32,000 bases of DNA, from the NCBI GenBank assembly GCA_937907055.1, contig CALCTW010000064.1, forward strand, positions 10,134-42,133, read 5' to 3'. The position numbers and the translations under genes are program-made. Below, piece after piece: positions 1 through 8,554 of the stretch. The DNA is from an uncultured Clostridia bacterium (lineage in GTDB: Bacteria > Bacillota > Clostridia > Christensenellales > Aristaeellaceae). The notes beneath the pieces are model-generated. The model was not told the DNA's origin, ran no database searches, and saw only the letters and a list, made by a program, of their open reading frames with translations. Position 1 is the first letter of the stretch. Every line of letters begins with the position of its first letter.

Positions 1-176
1 TTCAGGGTATTAAAATACCCCAGGTAATACATGCGCTCCTTCAGGGCATACACATCATCGCCGCTGTCTCCCTGCCTCAGGGTACGGTACTGCGTTTCCG
101 CTGTCGCGGCGCTCATCAGCATCACGCCCAGCAGAAGGATCGCCATAGCAAACAGCACACGCGCCAGTTTTTTCAT
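1..176 (-). CDS. 5' part of a secreted peptidoglycan-binding-domain protein (continues past the left edge)
   Basis: Hand translation from the reverse-strand ATG (176-174) gives MKKLARVLFAMAILLLGVMLMSAATAETQYRTLRQGDSGDDVYALKERMYYLGYFNTL. This is a signal-peptide-like N-terminus followed by the G..G..V..L...L..LGY pattern of PG_binding_1 domains. It is absent from the ORF track because fewer than 60 aa lie in the window. Confidence 0.5.
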   Translation of the reverse strand, partial: MKKLARVLFAMAILLLGVMLMSAATAETQYRTLRQGDSGDDVYALKERMYYLGYFNTL

Positions 177-461
177 TCCGGATTCGTTCTTCATCATCAG
201 ATCCTGTTTTCCTTTATCTGTTCGTCCGGTTCGGCCCGCGCCGCGGACCATACTCCGGCTTATTTGTCTATTTCGCCGCGAACTGATGTTTTCCTGTTTT
301 TCAGGCTCTCAAATCATCATGATCACAGTCATTTTTTCTGTTTTTCTTTTGTCAGGGTCTTAAGAAAGGCGGTCCGGCAGTTCCCCGCGCCCCGGCCGCC
401 TATCAGCTTCGGGAGCAGAACAGCATTATCAGGCGCTGATCCGCGTACTGTCTCCACCATC

Positions 462-506
462 AAAAAACCGCGGCAGTCCTTCTTCTCAGAATCAGAACTG
501 CCGCGG
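462..506 (-). terminator. Rho-independent terminator downstream of potD
   Basis: 10-bp perfect arms ccgcggcagt (468-477) and actgccgcgg (497-506). On the minus strand they are followed by a T6 run (A6 at 462-467 on plus). The structure lies 15 nt after the potD stop. Confidence 0.6.
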
Positions 507-520
507 CTCTGTTCAGGCGA

Positions 521-1558
521 TTATTCGCTCAGAACCTTCTCCCAGTAGTTGTTATACAGGCTCAGGGTCTTGTCATCCAGATCATGATAGAACTCGCAGC
601 GGGCGATCACTTCGTCAGAAGGATTGATCGTGCTGTTCTCGGTGTACTCTTCACCCATCAGATCGATGGCGCCCTGGTTAGGGCTGGAGTAGTAGATGTA
701 TTCGCAGTTCATCTGCGCGATGTCGGGGCGGCACAGGAAGTTGATCAGCTTCTCAGCGTTCTCCTTGTTCTTCGCGCTGGTGGGGATTACGAAGGGATCG
801 ATCCAGATGTTGCTGCCCTCTTCAGGAACCGCGTAATCCAGGTTCTCGTTGCCGTCCATAGCGTACAGCGCGTCACCGCTGTAAACCACAGCCAGCGCGG
901 CTTCGCCGTTCATCATCATGTCCTTGGTCTCATCAACGTAATAGGCCTTTACAAGGGGCTTCTGCTCACGCAGAATATCCAGCGCGGCCTTCAGTTCCTT
1001 GCGGTCGGCACTGTTCATGCTGTAACCGTTCATGATCAGGCCGATGCCCATGGTATCACGAAGGCTGTTCATCATGATGATCTCATTGGCATACTTCTCG
1101 TCCCACAGCACCTTCCAGGTCGTCACTTCTTCCTCGGAAACGCGGGTCGTATCATACAGAATGCCCAGTGTGCCCCACATGAAGGGAACCGTATACTTGC
1201 TCTCGGGATCATAGTCGGCGTGCTTCAGGTTCTCCTTGATATAGGAAAAGTTCGGCACATTATCCATATTGATCTCCTGGATCAGGCCTTCCTTGATCAT
1301 GCGTTCCACCATATAATCGGAAGGAACGACCACATCATAAGCGCCTTCATTGGCACGCATGGAAACCAGCATTTCTTCGTTCTGAGTAAAATACATGCAG
1401 TTGACCTGAATACCGGTTTCGTCTTCAAAGATCTTCAGCACTTCCGGATCCATGTAATCAAACCAGTTGTACAGGTTTACGACTTCCTGCGCGGAAGCGA
1501 AGGAGACCATGGAAAGGAACATGACCACTGCCAGGAAAAGAGCCATCCACTTTTTCAT
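521..1558 (-). CDS. potD: Spermidine/putrescine ABC transporter substrate-binding protein
   Basis: ORF 521..1576. PotD-family sequence (NLYNWFDYMDPEVLKIFEDETGIQV...). I prefer the start at MKKWMALF (ATG 1558-1556), preceded by GAGGAGGA and followed by a signal peptide ending ASA-QE. Stop is TAA. Confidence 0.9.
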   Translation of the reverse strand: MKKWMALFLAVVMFLSMVSFASAQEVVNLYNWFDYMDPEVLKIFEDETGIQVNCMYFTQNEEMLVSMRANEGAYDVVVPSDYMVERMIKEGLIQEINMDNVPNFSYIKENLKHADYDPESKYTVPFMWGTLGILYDTTRVSEEEVTTWKVLWDEKYANEIIMMNSLRDTMGIGLIMNGYSMNSADRKELKAALDILREQKPLVKAYYVDETKDMMMNGEAALAVVYSGDALYAMDGNENLDYAVPEEGSNIWIDPFVIPTSAKNKENAEKLINFLCRPDIAQMNCEYIYYSSPNQGAIDLMGEEYTENSTINPSDEVIARCEFYHDLDDKTLSLYNNYWEKVLSE

Positions 1559-1648
1559 TGTCGTTATCCTCCTCAATGTTTCACGGATACGTATCTGTAT
1601 CCTTTTATTTCAAAGCTATGCTTTGGAATCGATGTCAGGTTTTCCGGA

Positions 1649-2425
1649 TTACTTTCTCTCATCCGGCTCCGTGGTACGCTTGTTCACCACGATCAGCAGC
1701 ACCAGCATCACCACAAACATGATGGAGCTCAGCGCGTACATCGTAGGCTTGATGCCCTTGCGTGCCTCGGAATAAATGAGCGTTGACAGGTTCTGCACCA
1801 GCGGAGAGGTGGTGAAGTAACTGATCGTAAAGTCATCCAGCGACAGGGTAAACGCGAAGATCGCGCCGGTCACCACACCGGGCAGGATCTGCGGCACGAT
1901 CACATGACGCAGCGCGTAGCCGGGTGTCGCGCCCAGATCCAGCGCGGCCTCATAGGTGTTCTGGTTCATCTGCTGTAGCTTCGGCATCACCGATACGATG
2001 ACATACGGAATATCAAATGTGATATGCGCGCACAGCATGGTGATATAGCCACGTTCCACACGGGTAAAGATGAACAGCAGCATCAGCGAAACACCGGTCA
2101 CGATATCCGGCATGGTCATGGGGATGTTGTTCAGCATCAGCATGATATTGCGCGGTCTGTTTTTCATCGAATAGATACCGATGGCGGCCAGTGTGCCGAT
2201 CAGTGTCGCGAAGACAGTCGCCAGCGCTGCGATCGACAGTGTGATGCCCAACGCCTTCATGATCTCATCGTTCTTGAACAGTTCACCGTACCAGGCAAAG
2301 GAGAAGCCCTCCCAGTTCGCGCGGCTCTTGCCGGCGTTGAAGCTGAAAACGATCATCATGATGATCGGGATATACATGAAGAAGATCAGCAATCCCAGAT
2401 AAACACGTTTCATCAGCTTGCTCAT
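1649..2425 (-). CDS. potC: Spermidine/putrescine ABC transporter permease
   Basis: ORF 1649..2530. The PotC-like sequence begins at [30 protein letters not shown]. Its ATG at 2425-2423 shares one base with the potB TGA stop (TGATG). Stop is TAA. Confidence 0.9.
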   Translation of the reverse strand: MSKLMKRVYLGLLIFFMYIPIIMMIVFSFNAGKSRANWEGFSFAWYGELFKNDEIMKALGITLSIAALATVFATLIGTLAAIGIYSMKNRPRNIMLMLNNIPMTMPDIVTGVSLMLLFIFTRVERGYITMLCAHITFDIPYVIVSVMPKLQQMNQNTYEAALDLGATPGYALRHVIVPQILPGVVTGAIFAFTLSLDDFTISYFTTSPLVQNLSTLIYSEARKGIKPTMYALSSIMFVVMLVLLIVVNKRTTEPDERK

Positions 2426-3486
2426 CAGGCCGCGCCTCCTTCCCCTTTGGGATCTGCCTTGCGCAGGATTCCCAGCGACAACAGCATCAGGATGACCATG
2501 ATCAGGGACATCGCGCTGCCGCGGTTCCATTCAGCCATGGAGATGCCCAGAAATTTCTTTTCGATCAGATCGCCGAACAGCGTCACCTTGTTGCCGCCCA
2601 GCAGCTTGCTGATATAGAAAGTGGTCACAGCCGGCATGAATACCATGGTAATACCGCTCACGACACCGGGGATGGACAGGGGCATCGTCACCTTATACAG
2701 GGTCTGCCAGCGGTTGCAGCCCAGATCCATCGCGGCCTCGTTCAGCCGATAATCCATCTTGTTCAGCACATTGTAGATCGGGAATACCATGAAAGGCAGG
2801 AAGTTGTACACCATGCCCAGCATAACGGCTTCCGGTGTATTCAGGATCTGTACCTTGCCCAGACCGAACCAGCCGAGGATCGCGTTCAATACGCCGTTCT
2901 CCTCCAGCACCGCCATCAGGGCCACCGTGCGCAGCAGGAAGTTCATCCACATGGGCACGATGAACAGCACGATCAGTACCGCGCCTTCCTTGATCTCCCG
3001 GTCGGCCATGAACAGCGCCGCCGGATAAGCAAGCAGCAGGCAGATCACCGTACACAGGAAGGCCATCCACAGGGAACGGGTGAAGGTGGACACATAGATG
3101 CCGCCGTAGCCCAGATCCCAGTCCTCCAGGATCTCCTGCTCCGTGCGCGGCACATAGGTCGGATCCTCTGCCGCCAGCTCCTGCTCGTAAGCCAGTTCTT
3201 CCTCGATATCCTCAAGCGAGTTCTGGCGGTCCGCGTAGTTGCTGTCATAGAAGCTGTAGAAGTTATCAAGGGTCAGGTTACCGTTCACATCCGTGAACGC
3301 GTAATACCCGATCAGCAGCAGCGGTACCACCGTAAAAATGATGATCCACAGCACATAGGGCGAAGCGAAGATCGGGCGCTTGATCCCGCGGTTCTTGCGG
3401 ATATACCACACGATCATGCCGATAAACGCGACCAGTCCCAGCGCCATCAGGATGTAGCCCCATACGGGCAGCTCGATATTAGTCAC
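2425..3486 (-). CDS. potB: Spermidine/putrescine ABC transporter permease with an N-terminal extension and an acidic loop insertion
   Basis: ORF 2425..3486 (353 aa). BPD-transporter permease core (…[36 protein letters not shown]…). The start overlaps the potA stop by 8 nt. Stop is TGA. Confidence 0.9.
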   Translation of the reverse strand: MTNIELPVWGYILMALGLVAFIGMIVWYIRKNRGIKRPIFASPYVLWIIIFTVVPLLLIGYYAFTDVNGNLTLDNFYSFYDSNYADRQNSLEDIEEELAYEQELAAEDPTYVPRTEQEILEDWDLGYGGIYVSTFTRSLWMAFLCTVICLLLAYPAALFMADREIKEGAVLIVLFIVPMWMNFLLRTVALMAVLEENGVLNAILGWFGLGKVQILNTPEAVMLGMVYNFLPFMVFPIYNVLNKMDYRLNEAAMDLGCNRWQTLYKVTMPLSIPGVVSGITMVFMPAVTTFYISKLLGGNKVTLFGDLIEKKFLGISMAEWNRGSAMSLIMVILMLLSLGILRKADPKGEGGAA

Positions 3487-4615
3487 GTTTCATCGCGCCT
3501 CCCGCTTCATAAGGATCCCAGTCATCCATCGGATGCATGATATGGATGTTGAAGGGCACCACGCTCAAACCCACACGGCTGCCTTCCGGCTGCATGGTCG
3601 TGGAATGCACCTTCCATGTCGAATGGCCGGCATCGATGATCATTTCATAATGCACGCCCTTGAACAGCACGCTCTTCACGGTACCGGTGATCTGTCCCAC
3701 ATCCTCGCCCACGATCAGGATATCCTCAGGGCGTACCACAACATCCACCGGCGCGTTCTCGCCAAAGCCGTAGTCCACGCAGTTGAAGCGGGCGTTGCAG
3801 AATTCCACCAGTTCATCCTCGATCATGGTGCCGCGGAAGATATTGCTCTCACCGATGAAGTTCGCGACGAACGCGTTCTTGGGTTCATCGTAGATCTCCT
3901 TGGGCTTGCCGATCTGGAGGATGTTGCCGTTGCGCATCACGACGATGGTATCGCTCATGGTCAGCGCTTCCTCCTGATCGTGCGTAACATACAGGAAAGT
4001 GATGCCCAGACGCTGCTGCATGTTCTTGATCTCCAGCTGCATCTCCTTGCGCAGCTTCAAGTCCAGCGCGCCCAGCGGCTCATCCAGAAGCAGCATTTCA
4101 GGCTCATTTACCAGCGCGCGCGCGATCGCAATACGCTGCTGCTGACCGCCGGAAAGCGAGTCCACACCGCGCTTGCCGTACCCCTCCAGATTTACCAGAT
4201 CCAGCATCTTGTCCACTTTCTTGTCGATCTCGCCCTTACTCATCTTCTTCAGTTTCAGACCGAAAGCGATATTGTCATGCACATTCAGATGCGGGAAAAG
4301 CGCGTATTTCTGGAAAACGGTGTTTACGCGGCGCTTGTACGCCGGCAGACCGCTGATATCCTTGCCGTCAAAGATCACCTTGCCGGAATCCGCCTGCTCA
4401 AAACCGCCGATGATGCGGAGCGTTGTGGTCTTGCCGCAGCCGGAAGGGCCCAGCAGTGTCACAAACTCCTTTTTTTTCACATAAAGACTGATATTGTTCA
4501 GTACCGTCACATCACCGTACTGCTTGGTGATGTTCTCCAGCGAGATCAGCCGGGATTCATCTCCGTTAATCTTCTCATCAGCGAAAACGTTCGCGTTCTT
4601 CTTCTGTTCCTGCAT
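3479..4615 (-). CDS. potA: Spermidine/putrescine ABC transporter ATP-binding protein
   Basis: ORF 3479..4615. Walker [10 protein letters not shown], signature [15 protein letters not shown], Walker B LLLDEPL, and a C-terminal TOBE-like part. Stop is TAA. Confidence 0.92.
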   Translation of the reverse strand: MQEQKKNANVFADEKINGDESRLISLENITKQYGDVTVLNNISLYVKKKEFVTLLGPSGCGKTTTLRIIGGFEQADSGKVIFDGKDISGLPAYKRRVNTVFQKYALFPHLNVHDNIAFGLKLKKMSKGEIDKKVDKMLDLVNLEGYGKRGVDSLSGGQQQRIAIARALVNEPEMLLLDEPLGALDLKLRKEMQLEIKNMQQRLGITFLYVTHDQEEALTMSDTIVVMRNGNILQIGKPKEIYDEPKNAFVANFIGESNIFRGTMIEDELVEFCNARFNCVDYGFGENAPVDVVVRPEDILIVGEDVGQITGTVKSVLFKGVHYEMIIDAGHSTWKVHSTTMQPEGSRVGLSVVPFNIHIMHPMDDWDPYEAGGAMKRD

Positions 4616-4667
4616 ATGTCCAGATCCCTTTCCGAATCGTTTGATTTGTTAAACAACGGTCGCCCTC

Positions 4668-4886
4668 TCAGAAGGTGGGCGGATTGGAGATCCACAGCAC
4701 CTTGGCGGTCCTGCTTCCGCGGTTTATCAGGTAATGATCCTGCGCCGGATGAATACAGAAGCTTTCACCGGTCTTCACCTTGTATCGTTTTTCCCCGATG
4801 ACCAGCGTCACAGTCCCTGAAAGCACATAGCCGAATTCCTCGCCCTCGTGCGGCGGCAGCTCCATGCTCTTTCCCCCGCCTTCCAT
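4668..4886 (-). CDS. Cupin-domain C-terminal part of an HTH-cupin regulator, separated from its N-terminal part only by an in-frame TAG
   Basis: MEGGGKSMELPPHEGEEFGYVLSGTVTLVIGEKRYKVKTGESFCIHPAQDHYLINRGSRTAKVLWISNPPTF matches the cupin core of PuuR-like regulators. It is in the same frame as, and directly contiguous with, ORF 4887..5225. Stop is TGA. Confidence 0.7.
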   Translation of the reverse strand: MEGGGKSMELPPHEGEEFGYVLSGTVTLVIGEKRYKVKTGESFCIHPAQDHYLINRGSRTAKVLWISNPPTF

Positions 4887-5225
4887 CTAAATCAGGATCG
4901 GCTCCATCGCGTTTTTCTGCGCGCTGGGGATCAGCCATGTCACCTTGCCCTTCAGGATCTCATCGTCTTCCTTCTCAAACATATCGTTCGCGCTGAAAAC
5001 GATCTTTTCTTCTTCTTTTGTTTTGCTGAAGAACTCCTGTAGCGAGGAGCCGAGGCACTCCAGCATATCCGTTAATGTCGCGATGCTCGGAGAGGCCAGA
5101 TTTCTTTCCACCTGTGAGATAAAGCCTTTGCTCAGCTCACAGCGGTCCGCCATCTCCTCCTGCGTCAGGTTGCGCTGCAATCGCAGCAGTCGCAGGCTCT
5201 CGCCGATATCCATCTTTCCATTCAT
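4887..5225 (-). CDS. XRE-family HTH N-terminal part of the HTH-cupin regulator heading the pot operon; ends at an internal TAG (4889-4887)
   Basis: LRLLRLQRNLTQEEMADRCELSKGFISQVERNLASPSIATLTDMLECLG is a typical HTH_3/XRE motif. GGAGGG lies 8 nt upstream of the ATG at 5225. The ORF stops at cta (=TAG) at 4887-4889, in frame with the cupin ORF. Confidence 0.8.
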   Translation of the reverse strand: MNGKMDIGESLRLLRLQRNLTQEEMADRCELSKGFISQVERNLASPSIATLTDMLECLGSSLQEFFSKTKEEEKIVFSANDMFEKEDDEILKGKVTWLIPSAQKNAMEPILI

Positions 5226-5252
5226 TGCAAAACCCTCCGTTTTGCCTGAAAT

Positions 5253-5304
5253 GTTTAGTATAACTTAACCTGTTGTCGCACTTGAAAGTTTAGTGATCCT
5301 AAAC
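5253..5304. promoter_or_regulatory. Candidate operator upstream of the HTH-cupin regulator
   Basis: GTTTAGT occurs twice (5253-5259 and 5288-5294). The second copy is part of the palindrome gtttag-tgatc-ctaaac (5288-5304). Both lie within 80 nt upstream of the regulator start. Confidence 0.25.
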
Positions 5305-5477
5305 CGGCAAGCACAACGTATTAAAACATAACGCGCCCCGCCTGTCAATCATTTTTTTCACCATTTTCAAAACTTTTTTCGTCCTTTTTCCTGCCAAACC
5401 CCATTAATCCGCTTTTTACCCCGCAGACACTCCGCGGACACACGAACAAAATCCCCCTTCACGCCTTGTAATATAAG

Positions 5478-5672
5478 GTTTTTCCGTTTTTTCGCCTTTT
5501 CTGTTTTCCTTTCGTTCCCCTTCTGTTTTCGCGTGTTTTCACCCCCGGCTTTTCGGTCTTTCGTTTTTCATTTTTCACGTTTTCCGCGTACCGTATCCGG
5601 TTTGCCGTTCTTCATCGCCTGTTTTTCGCCTTATCGGGTCATTATCTTGCCATCCCGTCGGGATTGTTTTTT
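5478..5672 (+). repeat. Strand-biased array of G-T(4-6)-C tracts in a non-coding, pyrimidine-rich region
   Basis: GTTTTC at 5503, 5525, 5535, 5579 and 5667. GTTTTTC at 5478, 5563 and 5621. GTTTTTTC at 5486. CTTTTC at 5496. By hand count only 7 A occur in 5481-5640. No credible ORF on either strand. Confidence 0.5.
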
Positions 5673-5792
5673 ACCTGTTTTCTCCCGAAACCCTTGGGTT
5701 AATGCTGATAAGGATAAAATCTATCAGCCGTCGAACGAGTGTACATTTTCTCAGCTGAACAAAACGAAGTGTATTACAAGGAGGACGAACCC

Positions 5793-6175
5793 ATGAGTAA
5801 TTTGGCAAAGTATATTCATGATGACAGCAATGGCTTAAAATATACTCTGTGCATCGTGACTACTATCTGCCTGATCCGGGCGATGAGCCGGGTTATTCCT
5901 TGGGCAAGTATGGCATGATGCGAATGCAATACCTGAAGGAGCATCGTCCTGGCCTGTACACCGGGCTGCTGCTCTCCGGCAAGCTGAATAATGATCTGCA
6001 CCAGGTTGATGTACAGGCGCAGCATCTGCTGGACACGATGATACCGCAGATGGCGAAAGAAGCCGGTGTGACAGAGCATCTGAAAATGATGGATCAGCTT
6101 CGTTGGGTCGGGATGATGAACGCCATCAAGAGTCAGGCTGAAGAAATCATTTGGAATGAAATCATTCATAAGTAA
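5793..6175 (+). pseudogene. tnpV: TnpV-like transposon protein gene, frameshifted near codon 19
   Basis: AAGGAGGA (5778-5785) then ATG 5793 gives MSNLAKYIHDDSNGLKYTL. The family-typical sequence HRDYYLPDPGDEPGYSLGKYGMMRMQYLKEHRPGLYTGLLLSGKL...AEEIIWNEIIHK continues in another frame from 5852, with 2 extra nt (tg) at 5850-5851. The original frame stops after 42 codons. Stop is TAA. Confidence 0.6.
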
Positions 6176-6181
6176 AATGAA

Positions 6182-6208
6182 CGGGTGCTGCTGTAAATGC
6201 AGTACCCG
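6182..6208. terminator. Bidirectional terminator hairpin between convergent tnpV and the anti-sigma gene
   Basis: Arms cgggtgctgc (6182-6191) and gcagtacccg (6199-6208) with one mismatch and a 7-nt loop. T-rich sequence follows on both strands. Confidence 0.5.
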
Positions 6209-6246
6209 CCTTATTGTGACCAACCAGGAAGAAGATGATTTTGTCT

Positions 6247-7875
6247 TTATTTCTGAAGGAAATCGCTAATAGTCACAACTCCACCATCATTAGTACGATT
6301 ATTCTCGACACTCTTTACTACTCCGGTATGTGCATCAATAATCACAAACCGTGTTGCAGAAGCAATTCTCCATTCAGGCTGTTCAGGGTTAGTGACAATG
6401 TAGAACACATAGACATCATCTGCAGTTAGTTTGTCGCCAAAGTGCTCTTTAATCACCATAAGGGCAATGCCGACTGCATCATCCTGTGTGATTGCTTTGC
6501 TATCAGGCATCCCATTAATATTCCTTGTCCACTCCCAAACTCCGCTGCCCTTGCCTTCGAAATAGGGATGATTCAACGCATACTCATTTACGATCGGGCC
6601 CCATACCGTTGAAAATGCAGCTTTCTCTTCAAGAGTCCACGCGTAATAATAATTTCCCTTCGAATTCATAAAGTCTTCAGTCATTCCAAGTTCACTACAG
6701 CGCTTCCGCCAAATATCTGCAAGTGTTTCATACTGCCGATTGACAGAATCAAACAGTTTTCCAGCAGGTTCAGCATCAATATAGCTGCCATCAAATCCCA
6801 ACAGAACATTCCATTTGACTTCACCATGATTGCTCCAAGTAATAAGCCAAACAGGTTCTTCACCGTTGCAATACAGATCGCAATAGATAAGCTTTGCCGT
6901 AGCCTCCATGAAATCAAGATCCGTGTACGGTACATTCATAATTTCACCCAACGCGGATCTTGCTTCAGCAATTGCAATATCTGTAGATACACAGTCTGCA
7001 GAGACTTCCGCCGCCTTCGCGCCTGCATCGATTTCACAGTTCCAAGGATAGAATTCTGTCTTGGGTCCAGATACACCAAGCATCTCGCCAGTTCGCGTCA
7101 TATAGATACGATACGCAAGTCCATAACCAAAGTTAATCTCCCAGAACGGTTCGTCGCTTGGTGCACCCACAGTATTATAAGGATCCATGGAGAAGATAGC
7201 ATCAACACTCATCGCATTCAACCGATCCTCTTCAAGACTAAACATTGCCAATACAGATTTCTTTGCGATACCAATCGCTTCATTACGAGTTATATCTGTA
7301 TCACTCGGTACTACGTAAATTGGCCAATCCATTCCATACTTCCCATACTGTTGCAAAATGGATGTATACAGCGCTCGGTTCTCATCCGACCACATTTCAA
7401 TCGGGCCGAGTTCACGAGCCATAGCATTATAGGTATCAATGTATGTCATACCTTCAAAATGCATCGCCAGAACTTCGTCAGCCACTTCTTGTCTTTCGGA
7501 TTCATGAGTTGTTCTCCAAAGATTTGCTTCTTCTTCACTCAGAACTTCGCAGTCACTCATTAGCTTAACCAATTCAACCCTTGCATTGGATGGCCATTGT
7601 TCGTATTCACCATAAGTATTCTCCAATGCTGCAAATCCTCCAAAATAATTTGTCAGTCCAATTGCTAATGCAGTAACCGTAAACAGCATCAAAATCAAAG
7701 CTGCAACAAAACCAATAGACATCTTTTTTTTCATAACTATTCCGTCCTTTCCAATGCGTTCCGCATTCGCTGCGTTCAGCACACGCTGTGCAAGGTACGG
7801 GTTAGGCTGGATGAAGGCTGCGTCTTGATTCATAGCCTTCTGGACTTTCTTTACATTCTCACGATACTCATCCAT
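6247..7875 (-). CDS. Membrane-anchored anti-sigma factor candidate with a large extracytoplasmic PepSY-like repeat domain
   Basis: ORF 6247..7971. The likely start is MDEYRENV (ATG 7875-7873), with AAAGGAG upstream and an 8-nt overlap with the sigma gene stop. About 50 cytoplasmic aa precede one TM helix (MSIGFVAALILMLFTVTALAIGL) and a ~470-aa ectodomain. No zf-HC2 motif. Stop is TAA. Confidence 0.65.
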   Translation of the reverse strand: MDEYRENVKKVQKAMNQDAAFIQPNPYLAQRVLNAANAERIGKDGIVMKKKMSIGFVAALILMLFTVTALAIGLTNYFGGFAALENTYGEYEQWPSNARVELVKLMSDCEVLSEEEANLWRTTHESERQEVADEVLAMHFEGMTYIDTYNAMARELGPIEMWSDENRALYTSILQQYGKYGMDWPIYVVPSDTDITRNEAIGIAKKSVLAMFSLEEDRLNAMSVDAIFSMDPYNTVGAPSDEPFWEINFGYGLAYRIYMTRTGEMLGVSGPKTEFYPWNCEIDAGAKAAEVSADCVSTDIAIAEARSALGEIMNVPYTDLDFMEATAKLIYCDLYCNGEEPVWLITWSNHGEVKWNVLLGFDGSYIDAEPAGKLFDSVNRQYETLADIWRKRCSELGMTEDFMNSKGNYYYAWTLEEKAAFSTVWGPIVNEYALNHPYFEGKGSGVWEWTRNINGMPDSKAITQDDAVGIALMVIKEHFGDKLTADDVYVFYIVTNPEQPEWRIASATRFVIIDAHTGVVKSVENNRTNDGGVVTISDFLQK

Positions 7876-8389
7876 ACAGATACTCCTTTCCCAGTACGTC
7901 ATGCAGCTTCGCATGCGCTTTTTTGATTCTTCTTGAAACCATTGATATCGTAATGCCGCTGATATTGGCAATCTCCTGCATCGTCAGCTCCTGGTAATAG
8001 TAGAGGATGATAACCTCTTTCAGCTTGTCAGGCAACTGCTGTATAGCCGCCGCAAGATCAGCGGCATCCTGATCGTATTGACCATTGACGGCGATTTGCA
8101 TATCCTCCGGCACGATGTTGCGATTGGTATGCCTGAACCAGGCACTCCTGTGCAGATTCCGGCATTCATTGATCGCTATTTTAGTCAACCAGGTCTTTTC
8201 ACTGCTGTCTCCACGGAACGTGTCCAATGCCTTGTATGCTCGCAGGAATGTCTCCTGTACCGCGTCTTCTGCTAATACACGTTCATGGAGGTATGCATAG
8301 CATATTGTCAGCAGTGAGGATTGATACTGTTCTACCATCCGTGTCAGTCGTTCTTCTCGGTTGCTGTCCGGGCCCTTGACAACTTCCAT
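7868..8389 (-). CDS. ECF-type sigma-70 family RNA polymerase sigma factor
   Basis: Region 2 (AEDAVQETFLRAYKALDTFRGDSSEKTWLTKIAINECRN) and region 4 HTH (LTMQEIANISGITISMVSRRIKKAHAKL). AAGGAGGTGAT RBS upstream. Stop is TGA. Confidence 0.85.
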   Translation of the reverse strand: MEVVKGPDSNREERLTRMVEQYQSSLLTICYAYLHERVLAEDAVQETFLRAYKALDTFRGDSSEKTWLTKIAINECRNLHRSAWFRHTNRNIVPEDMQIAVNGQYDQDAADLAAAIQQLPDKLKEVIILYYYQELTMQEIANISGITISMVSRRIKKAHAKLHDVLGKEYLYG

Positions 8390-8421
8390 CTGCTGATCAC
8401 CTCCTTCACATGATTAGACAC

Positions 8422-8430
8422 ATCATAGCA
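8422..8430 (-). promoter_or_regulatory. Possible extended -10 (TGCTATGAT) upstream of the sigma gene
   Basis: The reverse complement of atcatagca (8422-8430) is TGcTATGAT, about 33 nt upstream of the start codon. No good -35. Confidence 0.25.
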
Positions 8431-8554
8431 CATTTTGTTGAATGGTTTTTCCTTTTCTTTTATATAATTTTGGCAGTCACTGCATGATGATGCTGTGACT
8501 GCCATTTTGTGATCCGGAGGGTGTCCTACCACTATGGATGCAGGATTAGCCCTT

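Noticed and set aside
177-460. Possible riboswitch (for example c-di-AMP/ydaO type) in the ~280-nt region upstream of the PG-binding protein gene on the minus strand.
   Set aside because: Fragments such as GCGGGGAAC and CCGAACCGGAC are present. However, the conserved ydaO elements as I recall them (ACGGGGA…CCGAAyCCGACAGCUAACC…GUAAGCG) are neither complete nor in the right order. No convincing conserved fold could be built by eye. A covariance-model scan would settle it.
584-1786. Long ORFs antisense to, or overlapping, recognisable genes. Examples: 584..1786(+), 2024..2617(+), 3533..4801(+), 10790..12103(-), 13146..14516(-), 14751..15998(-), 16111..17070(-), 17603..18214(-), 18314..19315(-), 19718..20980(-), 20947..21897(-), 21975..22568(-), 23106..24161(+), 23974..25011(+), 24922..25827(-), 25898..26803(+), 28937..30007(+) and 30260..30958(+).
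   Set aside because: Each lies opposite or out of frame to a gene with clear family signatures. Their translations are low-complexity and rich in R, G, A, H and D, with no recognisable motifs, and they lack RBSs. This is typical of shadow ORFs in GC-rich coding DNA.
4887-4889. Pyrrolysine as the explanation for the in-frame TAGs (also 15513..15515).
   Set aside because: The two genes are a transcription regulator and a MATE transporter, not methylamine methyltransferases. No pyl genes lie in the window, and I see no obvious conserved stem-loop shared just downstream of both TAGs. It cannot be excluded without the whole genome, so it is kept only as a test within the main finding.
5533-5796. 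87-aa ORF (GTG start) whose TGA overlaps the tnpV ATG (ATGA).
   Set aside because: Its sequence is a by-product of the T-rich repeat region (F/S/P/R-rich, no motifs). It has no RBS, and the AAGGAGGA inside its 3' end serves tnpV.
8472-8503. 9-bp perfect inverted repeat (ggcagtcac…gtgactgcc) between the secreted-protein gene and the sigma gene, considered as a terminator.
   Set aside because: On the transcribed (minus) strand it is followed by AAAATT rather than a U-tract, so it is not a canonical intrinsic terminator. It may be an RNA-stability or processing hairpin, but I cannot support a call.
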